Positions 13,801 to 25,800 of a DNA stretch of 64,000 nt are shown here, piece after piece. The position numbers and the translations under genes are program-made. Under the pieces are notes generated by a model. The model saw only the letters and a list, made by a program, of their open reading frames with translations, made no database searches and had not been told where the DNA came from. The first letter of the stretch is position 1. Each line of letters starts with the position of its first letter. Source of the stretch: Iphione sp. A-MEVVRFRX5 (taxonomy: Eukaryota). The stretch is taken from assembly GCA_976226885.1 (NCBI GenBank), contig OZ320316.1:40610001-40674000 (forward strand), in the 5' to 3' direction.

Positions 13801-16800
13801 TTCCCCAATATGCTGAATAACAGTAATTACAAAACTGGATTTCAAAAGTAGTTATCGTTCCTTAAATATTGCTGTTCACAATGATTTTTTTTCATAACTT
13901 CCAGTAGAAATAGAAAAGAAATACAGAGACAGAAGGAAAGATAGCTATATACAGAGACAATTTTGTGGGAATGGGTAAGGATATGGATCTCATTCCTTGT
14001 ATCTCTTCCTCCAGTTAGTCAACAAATAAGATATAACTCCAGATCATACCTTGTTGTCTCTCCACTGGGAGGCAGCAGGTGATACTGCACTCCTTGCCAT
14101 GCCATAATGCTACTGTCAGTTCTGCGTTCTTCACATACCATTTTCAATGGAGGTCATATCTGCTGCAGGCAGTGTAGGTCAGCAGATAGGATGACCTCCA
14201 TTATATGCAGCCACTCAAACCAGAAAAAGGGGGAGGAGCCTGTTCTTTGATGCTAGAGCCAAATTGGAGGCTGAGCCTCCAGTACCACTTTATCTGAAGC
14301 CCTATGGGATTCCCTATGTCGGTAGGAGATCTTCTTTTTCTTTCAAGTTGAGTCCAGGAGGGAGGAGGACAGACTGGGAGGGAATCAGATAAGAGTGATT
14401 GACAGGTCCTCAGGTCCTGCTCTGTGGCCAGAAGGACAAGTGTGTGGTCGCCTGACCACCAGGAATAGGCCAGGGGGGAGGGGGCTCAGCGCTACCCACC
14501 GAGGGGAGGGGGTCTTATCACGAGGGAATGTGGTGGGGACGCTCAACCCCCCTCCCATCAGCGCAGGACGACCATGAATGGGCCAGGGGGAGGGGGTGGC
14601 CGGCCGTCGGCCCCCGCTCGCCGGCACGGCCGCGGCCTCCCTTCCCGGCCAGCCACCCCCACTCGCCGGCACGGCCGCCCCCGCTCACCGGCCCGGCCGC
14701 CACCACGAGCCGGCCACGGGGAAGGGGTAGTAGCGGGAGGGAACCAGGTGGGAGCGTCAATCACCCTGCCGCCACCACAAGCCAGCCACGGGAAAGGGGT
14801 AGTAGCAGGAGGGAACCAGGTGGGAGCGTCAATCAGCCTGCGGGGACCGCAGCACGCCGAGGGGAGGGGGCCAGAGCGGGGGTGAATCGGGTGGGAGCAT
14901 CAATCAGCCTGCTGGGACCGCGACAAGCCGAGGGGAAGGGGCCAGAGTGGGGGGGAATCGGGTGGGAGCATCAATCAGCCTGCCGGGACCACGGGTCGCT
15001 GGCCACCTGTCCTCGGTCGTTATGGAAGAACGCGGACACCTGGGGACTTCGTGGGCACTCAAGCATGACCGTTGAATACAAAGAAGCCAACCCCAGGCTG
15101 GGCAATGAAAGTTGAGTGTGTCTGTCGCATGTTTTCAGTTACAATGCCCTACCGACCACCTGCATATTGNNNNNNNNNNNNNNNNNNNNNNNNNNNNNNN
15201 NNNNNNNNNNNNNNNNNNNNNNNNNNNNNNNNNNNNNNNNNNNNNNNNNNNNNNNNNNNNNNNNNNNNNNNNNNNNNNNNNNNNNNNNNNNNNNNNNNNN
15301 NNNNNNNNNNNNNNNNNNNNNNNNNNNNNNNNNNNNNNNNNNNNNNNNNNNNNNNNNNNNNNNNNNNNNNNNNNNNNNNNNNNNNNNNNNNNNNNNNNNN
15401 NNNNNNNNNNNNNNNNNNNNNNNNNNNNNNNNNNNNNNNNNNNNNNNNNNNNNNNNNNNNNNNNNNNNNNNNNNNNNNNNNNNNNNNNNNNNNNNNNNNN
15501 NNNNNNNNNNNNNNNNNNNNNNNNNNNNNNNNNNNNNNNNNNNNNNNNNNNNNNNNNNNNNNNNNNNNNNNNNNNNNNNNNNNNNCCCTCCCTCCACCTC
15601 TATCCCTCCCTCCCCTCTCTCCCTCCCTCCCTCTCTCTGTCTCTCCCTCCCTCTCTCTCTCTCTCTCTCTTCCTCCCTCTCTCACTGTCTCCCTCTCTGT
15701 CTCCCCCTCTCGCACTCCCTGTTTCTTTCCCTCTTCATCTCTCTTACTTTCTCATCTCTTTCTTCCCTCCCTCCCTCCCCCTCTCTCCCTCCCTCTCTCC
15801 CCCCTCTTGCACTCCCTGTTTCTTTCCCTCTTCATCTCTCTTCCTCTCTTATCTCTCTTCCTCCCTTTGCCCCTCTTCCTCCCCCTCTCATGCTCCCTCT
15901 CTTCATCCCTCTCTTTCTCCTCTCTCTTTCTCCTTCATTTCTTCTCTTATTGCTTTTCTCTTTCTCTCTCCCTCTCATTTCCTCTCTGCTCCCTTCCTGT
16001 TTTTCCCTCCCTTTCCCTCNNNNNNNNNNNNNNNNNNNNNNNNNNNNNNNNNNNNNNNNNNNNNNNNNNNNNNNNNNNNNNNNNNNNNNNNNNNNNNNNN
16101 NNNNNNNNNNNNNNNNNNNNNNNNNNNNNNNNNNNNNNNNNNNNNNNNNNNNNNNNNNNNNNNNNNNNNNNNNNNNNNNNNNNNNNNNNNNNNNNNNNNN
16201 NNNNNNNNNNNNNNNNNNNNGAGAGGGGAGGGAAGAGGGGAAAAGGAAGGAAGAGAGATGAGATGAAGAGAGAAAGAGACATGAAGTGAGAGAGGGAGGA
16301 AGAGAGAAGGAGAGGAAGAGAGAGAGGGACAAAGAGGGAGAGGGAGAGAGAAAGAGACGGAGGGAGAGAGAGGAAGAGAGAAGGAGAGAGAGGGAAAGAA
16401 AGAGGGAGACAGAAAGAGACAGAAAGAGCAGGAGAGAGAGGGAGACAGAGAAACAGACAGAGGGAAAGAGAGAGCAGTAGGCACTGATTGCTTGTATTCA
16501 ACGGTTCCGCCTGAGTGCACAGGGGTGTGACGTAGCTCCGCGCTCTTCCATAGAGGAAGAATATGACCTCCATTTGCAGCCCTGGCTGCACCTGTTACTT
16601 GTAGTATGGTCAAAGTTTTTGTTGTCAATAAAAGTTTATATCATTGCAATATATTAGTCATGCAGAACAGCCTTTAGACAAGTTTTGTAGTAGATTTGAC
16701 TGCACATATGTGTTGCCCCCCTTTGTCTGCCAAGAGGTGCGAGTCAGGCACAAGTTACCCCTGCAGATCACCCTGCTTTTTTCACAAATTCTTGTTTGGT

Positions 16801-19800
16801 GACAACTTGGAAGGGTTACACCAATGCTCAAGATGGCGAATAAATTAACCTATTTAGTGGCTCGCACCAAGGCAGGCAAGACCAAATGGAACAAATTTGG
16901 CTGAGGAGTTGCCAACAGATGTTTCCTAGGTAGATATCAGCCCTATTGGCCCTACTTCAGCGAGACCTGCCAATAATGTCAATGGAACACTCTATCAGAC
17001 TTCCTAATCCTCTGACCAATGTCAGGATTTCAGGGTAAGACCCCACAAGAACTAGCCTCCAATGGTTTTGAGGCTAGCATATTAGTTCATTACGTTTACG
17101 TTTGGAAATGCATTTCATGAGACCCAGAAATTTTAAGCATTGTCCAGAGTATTACGTTGGATCATCATTGCCAGCCACCACCCATATCATTCTCCAAACT
17201 GTTACAGCTTGCTGATGTTAAATTAACCCAATCAGGCTTAGGACAGGTTGGATACTTGATCACTATAGGGCTAGGCTACAGAGATTTTTATCCTCCTAAA
17301 GGACTAAGGCTTTGACTATTGACATCCAATAAATGGAAATAATATAAGAAATAATAAATTAATATATATTTTTGACATAAATAATGAAAAATTACACTAT
17401 TACAATTGTTAATTATGTTCTTTATGGGAAAAATCACCAAAATTAAAAAAACACATTAAGATATAATGTTACCTAAGTAATGCCTGGAGGCATCTTCAGG
17501 GCCTATGTGGGGAGTGCCTGCAGGCATCTTCAGGACCTATGTGGGGAGTGCCTGCAGGCATCTCCAGTTCCTATTTACACTACTTATATAAAAAGGCATC
17601 GTCTCGGAAATCTGGTTTGGTTAAGTGAATTCTGGGAGAAAAAGGCAATTCAAAATGGCGGAATCGTGTCGATTCGATTTTTGTTCATTAAAATTTGGAG
17701 AGATCAGACCATTTTAGGTCAAACCAAGATAGAATTAACTTCTATAAATCATAAATGCAGCTTTCTGATATGATTCCATTAACTTTTTGTCTATAAATTT
17801 CGATTAGACAACACTCTGCGTAACATTCCGAACTCCTCCTGGTACCCCTGCCTCGATTTCATGCGAACTTAAGGTATGGGAACCAGGACGATTGTTATTT
17901 CCCGTTCGGCGAAGATAACGTTTCACCAGAAATTCATTCATTGATCCCCAATCACCAGAAATATCTCAATAACGTGAATATAATCGGATTTTAGCAAAAA
18001 CTCAGGTGATTTCCACCAAAATACCATCAAAACTCAGGTGAATTCGTCTAAAAGTCGTCAAAACTTGGGCATAATCGTCCGAAAATCTGGAAAACTCAGG
18101 TGAATTCGTCCGAAAAGCGTCAAAACTAAGGTAATTTCGTCCGAAAATCCGTATGAAAAATCAAAAATCGTGCGAAGCACACTGGTGGGTTAAAAAAAAG
18201 ATTAATCAATCAGTGGAGGACATAGTACAACAGGGAGTCATTTTTCCTGACATTCCTCTCTCTCCATTCCAGTTGAAAATCTTTCTGGGGGGCAAGCCTA
18301 GTGGATCCATCTGCCTAATTTGGATTTTTCTGATTTAAACAAGTTCATCCCATTTGTTTATACATTCTAGTCAGTCACCCAGACCATTTACAAAAATTGT
18401 TGGATGGCCTCAGTAGATCTCAAGAGTGATTTTCATGTGGTACCAGTACACATGGATCATCAGAAGTACCTGGCATTCTCTTGGAATGGCCAGTACTTTT
18501 GGTTTGTGGTAATGCCCTTTGAACAGCCTCACATCAGCAACCAGATCATTCAGCAATCTCCTTAAGCCAACTCTAGTGTCCCTTCATGAACAAGAACATG
18601 ATGGTACTAGCTTACCTTGATAATCTGTTGGTAGTGGGTCCTTCACTGGCAAGGTGCTCTGCTTCTACCTTGGCATTTACTGATCTTATGACTAACTTAG
18701 GCTTTGATGTCAACTGGAACAAGCCATCTCCTCTTCCAATGCAAACAGCTTTTGTTTCTGGGTTGCTGGCTGGATTATGACCAGGATTATGAGACCCCCA
18801 TGACCTGTAACACAAAGTGCACACCACACTGGTAGGTTTGATATCAGCCTTTTATTCTTCTTCAGCAGTGGTACAGCGAGTCAGCATTCAGTAGCATCTA
18901 GGCAGGCAAGTCAGACGAGAGCATTGAAACAACTCTCTTATATACTCAATTCCTCAAAGTATAACTAAGTAACACATCACATGAACCGGACATAGTTGTT
19001 AATTAAACGTCAACAACACAATAAGTACCTTAGGTCATATATGACATCACAAGCACCTGGTGTCCAGGGCCTCATAAGGGCTCTCTGATAACAGTTACAT
19101 TGTTCATGACTTAACTTGACATGAAATACAATAGCTTTACACTATTTACAAGAACAGTTTCTGACATGTACTGCTTCTAAGATCACAGGTACTTTGTTTG
19201 TGCACTTAGCAGTACTTCATATAAGACTTTACTTCAAATGCTTCTATCTGTACACTATACAACAAAGTACTGTTTAGAGCATTATTTCCAATGATACACT
19301 CTTTATGATTACCAGTACTGTGTTACAGACCGGACTGGATAGCAGAGTAGACCTGTGTTGGTGCCTTGGAACACATACTTGTTATTCAGACTGATTCATA
19401 TTCATTCTCCCAAGGAGTTCTTCTTCACAGATGCATCAGGCATTGGATGGAGAGCAAAAACTAACTCTGAGTCCATTGGGAGCAAATGGTTTCCTTACAA
19501 GCAACTTTGGCATTTCAACACCCTTGAGTTAAAGGCCATTTGGCTAGGTCTTAAAATCTTGTTTGCTTCCAGACAACAGTTTGATGTCCTGATCTGGTCT
19601 GACCATACTACAGTTGTACATAGCATATGTCAATAGACAAGGAGGCTCCAAGTCTCAATTGTGTGACAATACAGCCAGGAAAGTATGGACAGTTACCTCC
19701 TATATTCCTGGAGCAGAAAATGTCGAAGCTGACTACCTGTCACAAAACTTCAATGAGGACAGAGAGTGGCAGCTGAACCCAAGTCTCCAGGACATCATTG

Positions 19801-22800
19801 AGTTTGGATTTCCCTGGACATTGATCTCTTCACTTCTAGGGCTAGCACTCAAATCACTTGCTATCTTCTATGCAACACCAGTTTAGGAAAACTAATAATT
19901 TATTACAATTTGGTGGAAGAAGAGGACATGTACAACATTGTTGACCTCTTTCAGGGCAGCTTGAAGATAAATGCTGGCCTGATGTGAACTGAATAGAATT
20001 ACTCCATGTGCCTAGAAGATACACTTGTATTGCCTACTAAGGACATTATGACACGAAAGATAAACAAATATCAATTAAATAACACAACAATACAACATGA
20101 AAACATAATAATAGAGGGTGCTGGTGGGTGGACTTTGCGAACGACTGCTGCTGGTGACGTGTGTATAATTAACACTGGACTGAGGCTAATCAGACAGTGG
20201 CATCTGGTGGAATTTACTGAAGATGCCCAGTTACTCCCTTTAGGGTAAACTCACCTATATCAGTTGGAGACCAGATCCAGACACCAAGTTTGTGGATGCT
20301 TTCTCCTTTGACTGGACACTGATTTATCTGTTTTTACCTTTCACATTAATCTTTGAACTTCTTGAGAAGCTGAGACACACGCCAAAAAGTGCGATCCTGG
20401 TAGTACCACTTTGGCAGACACAGAGATGCGCCAAGACCACCCACAAACCACAATCCAGTTTCCATCCAGACTAGACCACCTGATCAGTGTCTTTAAGAAC
20501 ATAGATGTTCAGGACACAAATGAGACACCTGTGCTGGCAGGGTTCTTCTCAAGCGATGCATTGATAAATATCTTATGTGTAACTCCTTATGCATATTTGG
20601 CATACATACTGTTATGAGAAATGTTGACCCCAGTGAGAACAGACCCTCGTGCTCCTACACTAGTTATTCAAGTCAGGGCTTAGTTACACTGTGCTTAACA
20701 CTGCTAGGAGTACCCTTTCAGCCATCCTTAATAAATATGGAAAAATCCCTTTTGGTCCACATTGGCTTTCTAACACCGTCATGCATGTTTAATCTGTATT
20801 CTCCTCAGGCCCACTCGGAGTATACTGGGGATGTGGAGGTTGTCCTCAGTTTCTTTGGTCATGGTTCCCCGCTCCTGGTGTATCCCTTAAGACCCTTACT
20901 TTAAAAACAGTCATGCTCATCTTACTAGGTTCTTGTGAAAGACTTCAGACAGGTACAAACTGCCTACAAATTAACTTCTCCTTCAAAGCACAATAGGGCC
21001 GGGAAACAACCTCGTCATATTGTGTTAGTGCCCTTTGCTCATGAACCTTCCATTTGTGTAGTTACTCATGTCAGGGATTACATGGCCTGCACTACTACCA
21101 TTTTGGTGGGGGGGGGATCAAGCAAGTTTGCTTATCAGTTATGTTCCTCCCTACCAGTCTGTCTCTATGTCCACCTCACCAAGGTGGGTAAGGGAGGTGT
21201 TGTTCATAGCAGGCATTGACATGGGTACCTTCACAGTGCACAGTACCCTGGCTGCCTCTGCCTCCAAGCTGATTGCCTCTGGTTTACCTGTCCAAGAAGT
21301 TGTTGAGACATGTGGGTAGACATATTTCATCAGTTTTACTTAAAACACACAATATAATGTGAGTATGGTTCTTTCCTCCTGATAGAGTCTAGGTGTTTGT
21401 TTAGACCTTCTTGGGAGTACTGGCTGTTCCCAAACATATCACTTACTGCCTCCCAGCAGAGACAGTGAAGTAGAGTTTTGTAGTTACCCTAGCTTAGCAC
21501 AGGTTGACCCAGACTCTGCTGAGCCTTGTCTTATAGTCTGGGATAAAGCAGAGGTCCTCCCTTCCAAAGTTTTTTTTAGGTCCTTACCCATCCATTAAGT
21601 TGTAATTGCTATTGGCCTTCATCTCTTAAGGTGGTTTTATCAAATTCTAACTAGCATTTCCTATCAAGTCTGCTCAGCTGAAGTACTGATGGTAGTGCCA
21701 CAGCATGGCAAGGAGTGCAGTATGACCTGCTTCATCCCAGACTACAAGACAGGGCCCAGCAGAATCCAAGTCACCCTGTGCTAAAACTAGGATGACTACA
21801 ACATTAAATAACTACCATGCATTGTCCTGAGACAATGCCTGGTCACGCCTCATATCGCACCTAAACCCAGATGCAGGGACAACTTCAGGGTGGAACAATT
21901 TCTCTGTCCCCACCTCAATATAGAGATTCGTTTTTTTCCTTTTGCAGGGAGAGGTGTATGCCTGTGGTAATGGTGTGTTTGGTCAGCTTGGTTTAGGGGT
22001 ACCATGCAAACGATCCAGGCCACGCTGTATCCCTAACCTTCCAGCCAATGTCATCTCCATCTCGACAAAAGACTTCCAATGTGTAAGTCAAACCACTGAC
22101 CTCGTTTGACAACCAGTTCTGAGCAGTTTACTTTCATACATATACATGAGGATTCCTTTCTATAAGCTCTGTCGTGTAATATTTCTTATGATCGTTGATT
22201 GGAATGAGACTAGGTCTAATTCAGTTTGGGAAAAAAATTGTTAGATTTGCATACATAATTTTTTCAAACCTAGGATATATTTTCTAAAAAAAGACACAGT
22301 CTCTGGATTTAACTGATAATGACCAGGAAGATTTACTGCCTGCAACTCTTAGTAAACTTCTCACAGGCCAAACGTGTAGATTTGACCTAACACTGGGTGG
22401 CAACCCGGCATATTTGGCACTTATCTGCACCATTTACTGGGGCATTCTACATTAAAACCACTAAAATGATCAACCAAGTGAGCCGAGTTTCTGATTTTAT
22501 ATTTATTGAACCAAATGAATTACAAGTAAAATGTTTTCAACAGTTATGCTGTTAGGAAAAGTGTAAGCAGCTGATCTGGTATCTTACTGATTTTCTGCCA
22601 CTTTTATTCCATATAATGATTTGGTTATTGCTAAAAGAAACTTTAAAGTGGACGATTCTGAAAACCATGTTGATTTTGTTCTGAAAACCTTTCCAGCTTA
22701 CTGCATTGATCTACCATTTTTCTTGGTTGCAGTTAGCAGCCACTAATGATGGTCGTGTGTACCAGTGGGGTGCCAGTCCCAACCAATTGTATGAGCTTGT

Positions 22801-25800
22801 GAGGGACCAGCGTCAGGGCCGGCCCCGACTGACCCCTCCAGCCCAACGAAGCCCACAGATCCAGGCCTACCTCAGCCCTGTACCTGTCAACTGTGAAGGT
22901 GTCTTTGCAGGAGTGGCCCAGGTAAATTGGCGTCTTGTATAATTATGACCAGTCTCATTTTACTGTTATAGATGTAATAAAATGTACATGGAATTTTAGG
23001 TTAAATATATTGACAACAATATGGATGTGTACATATAAATCTGATAAAGCAGGTTGCATTGTACATTGTATGCAACACTTCCATTTCTAGGTCAAACAAA
23101 GAGTTATTAAAGCTAATTTTATGTATACATAAACTGTGACAATTAAATGTTTTATCTGTATCTCATTTATTAATTCATTAATAAAAGAAAAATATTTAAG
23201 AAAATCTAAATCCTCCCTAAAGTTGTGTAGTTTGCAAAAAATACTATAGAAGTGAAGAATAAGTGGTGATAGGGGAGTTAGTGCATATTCCTTTAAAAAT
23301 CTTAGGCTTGCTATAAAGATACATACAGGAGTTCAGATGTAAGCACTTGATCTAAAGATAGTTTCATCTATCTGTTTCTCTATGTCATAATTCTGTGATG
23401 TGAAATAAAATCCACTTCCAAGTATGTAAACTTTCCAAGAAAATCAAACAGTTATACATAGAGTTAGGTGCAACAGGAAGTATTGCATACCATGTGTAAC
23501 GCTTCACTGGTAGCAGTGGCGAATTGGCGAATACATCTCAATTGACAAATTTAATATCATGAAATTCCATACCTAGTTGGGGGAAAAAATGGCATTACAA
23601 GTACATTGGAGTCTTAATTTGCGACCACATCGATTTCCGACCATTCTTGCTATTACGACCACTATGGCCTGGAACAATGGTATTGGTTTCTGTGTTAACA
23701 ATAATCGATTTCCGACCAAACTTGCTATTGCGACCATTTTCAGCCAGACCCGACAACTTGTTGGAAATCAAGATTCTACTGTACTGTTGGAATGTCAGCT
23801 AACCAATTCTTGGCATTGTCGCTGATTTAATCGTAGAGTTTTACCTCAATCTTCATAATAATCATGTCGCATGGAAACCTGTTTGTCTCAGTCAAGATTA
23901 CTAATTTATATATCTTTCACTCTCCCTTGTTCTGCCTGCCATCTCATCCAGTAGACTTATTGCGAAATTCTGGTGCTATCCATGTGCGATATCTTCATGA
24001 TGCTAACTTTACCTGTACAGGTACATTGTGGCAGTAACTTCAGTGCTTTATTAACAAAAAGTGGCGAGGTTTTCACGTGGGGGAAAAATTTGGATGGACA
24101 ACTTGGTATCGGGAACCGAAATGAGCAGGTAAGTCCTAATGTTTTATTTATATGCATTTCTTCACTTGAAGCAGTACTTAAATCAACCCCATTATGTTCA
24201 ATCGAAACATTGATTTTAAGATATACTTTCATATTTGCATTAGTATATGATTGGAAATTTTGCTAAGTTCAAAGTGTCTATGATTGAAGAATTTATATGA
24301 TTTCAGTAACTTCATTGTACCTAAAGGGAAATGCTGTTCTTATCTATGTACTGAGGTGTTTACTGTGGCCGTTTAAGACACTCATTAGTTTTGGGTTTGT
24401 TTCTCCCAGTTCCGGTCTCCTGTGATGGTGAACCGCATTAACGACCGGCGAGTGGCCGCCCTCACCTGTGGTGCTGAGCACATGGTTGCCATGGATACCG
24501 AGCGCCAGATGTGGGCCTGGGGACGCAATGACCAAGGCCAGGTGGGTGTTTGCTTTGTACACAGGTCTAGGAGTGAAATGAATTTGGACTGACAGTAAAT
24601 TCCGATAGCTGTCCAAATTATTTCCACATAGTTATGTCACAAGTTAAAAAATGCTATACAGTTGTTCATGTGTAACCGCCATTTTTATTGCTAATGATTT
24701 AGTCAGTTATCTTGGATCTGTCAGTTATTGAACTAATATTATCATGTCTTACAAGTCTGGTTCCCCCAAAATACAATGTATTGTTGATTCTAAGGAGGTC
24801 GGTTACAGCAGGACCACTGTACATATATTGTTGCGTGGGGATGTACTTCCCCGCATATTCTGAGGAGTAGACCTTCTGCGCAATTTATAATAGTACTCCA
24901 CATTTTGTGAGGAGAAACTTAGCTACCCTGCATGATATGGTCTTCTGTATAAATATAAGGGTGTGCGGGGACATCTTCAGTTCACATTCTGCTTCTGAAT
25001 AAACAACATCTCATTGTACTTCCATGTGGACTTCGGTTTATTCAACATGCTAAGATCGGGTGGTAACAATATATAGTACCAGACCCATGTATCAGTAGCT
25101 TCCTCATTGTTAAGGATCTACATGCTGTAAATATAGCAGATTTTTACAGTGTAAATGATATGGTATAAAACTACATGAATAAGACTTAGTCTGCATGTAC
25201 ACATTGTGATCATGGGTCAAATGTCGATTTACAATTTGCAGCTGGCAGTTGTGACATCGCAGGGGTCACATGCCTCCCATGGACGCCAGGGCATATACGT
25301 CTCCATGGGTATCTATGCGGCGGTGTGGCCGACCAAAGTGCCAAGTCTGAACCGGCTTACCCAGGACAATCAGCCAGCAGCATTGGCTGGGCGGCCTGCT
25401 AAGCCACACTACTCGCCTCTCAGGGTCCCAGACGGCCTACTGGAGACTGAAGGTCAATGGCAGTCAGTTCTTCCTCCTTTGGCTCCATACTCGTGTGACT
25501 CTATCTTCATTTTACTCCAGGTTGGTGTATAGCCCAGTATAAAGTACCTGCATTGTCCATCTCAGATGTCACTCTCTGTATAACTTACGTGTTTTAATAA
25601 TAAAGAAGCCAGTTTTGGAGAGCCACTTCTGTTTATGCTTACATCAATCAGTAAGGTCTGATTTATTGTACTGAAAAGTAATATGGAAGATCATTGTGAA
25701 GAGAAAAGGAAAGAAAATATTCAGAGACCACAACATTCCGCTTATGTCAAAAAGCAGGCATGCGGACTTATATAATACTTCTGTAGATAATATGCAGGGC

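Larger units (their letters stand above)
14141..16603. mobile_element. Helentron-associated (HINE/DINE-1/Pearl-like) non-autonomous element, copy A
   Basis: Left end ttttcaatggaggtcatat plus a nearby inverted copy (atgacctccatt). Right end has subterminal atatgacctccatt, a perfect 7-bp hairpin tgcagcc-ct-ggctgca and cctgttacttgta. The interior holds GC-rich repeats of about 60 bp and CT/GA microsatellite, with two gaps. Confidence 0.65.
14051..21803 (+). mobile_element. Degenerate DIRS1-type tyrosine-recombinase retrotransposon with nested insertions, in intron 18 of the RCC1 gene
   Basis: Left ITR about 14051-14125 is inverted against the right ITR about 21678-21731. An ICR at about 21438-21548 is complementary to both the left ITR start and the right extension (21729-21803). 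Internal RT, RNase H, methyltransferase-like and YR remnants are in DIRS order. Confidence 0.75.
11763..24541 (+). other. RCC1 beta-propeller-encoding exon block of the gene above
   Basis: Exons 15-22 translate to repeated [S/C]G-x-x-H ... V[YF]xWG-x-x-x-x-GQLG units. Confidence 0.9.

Noticed and set aside
14385-15115. GC-rich overlapping ORFs up to 195 aa
   Set aside because: They arise from tandem GC-rich repeats inside the HINE-like element; all frames are open and no domain is recognisable.
15072-16628. Long ORFs of 150-405 aa
   Set aside because: They are artefacts of N-gaps and CT/GA low-complexity sequence.
17223-18193. TTAA-ccc...ggg-TTAA piggyBac-like boundaries
   Set aside because: Only 4 nt of TIR match; it is probably an insertion, but the superfamily is unsupported.
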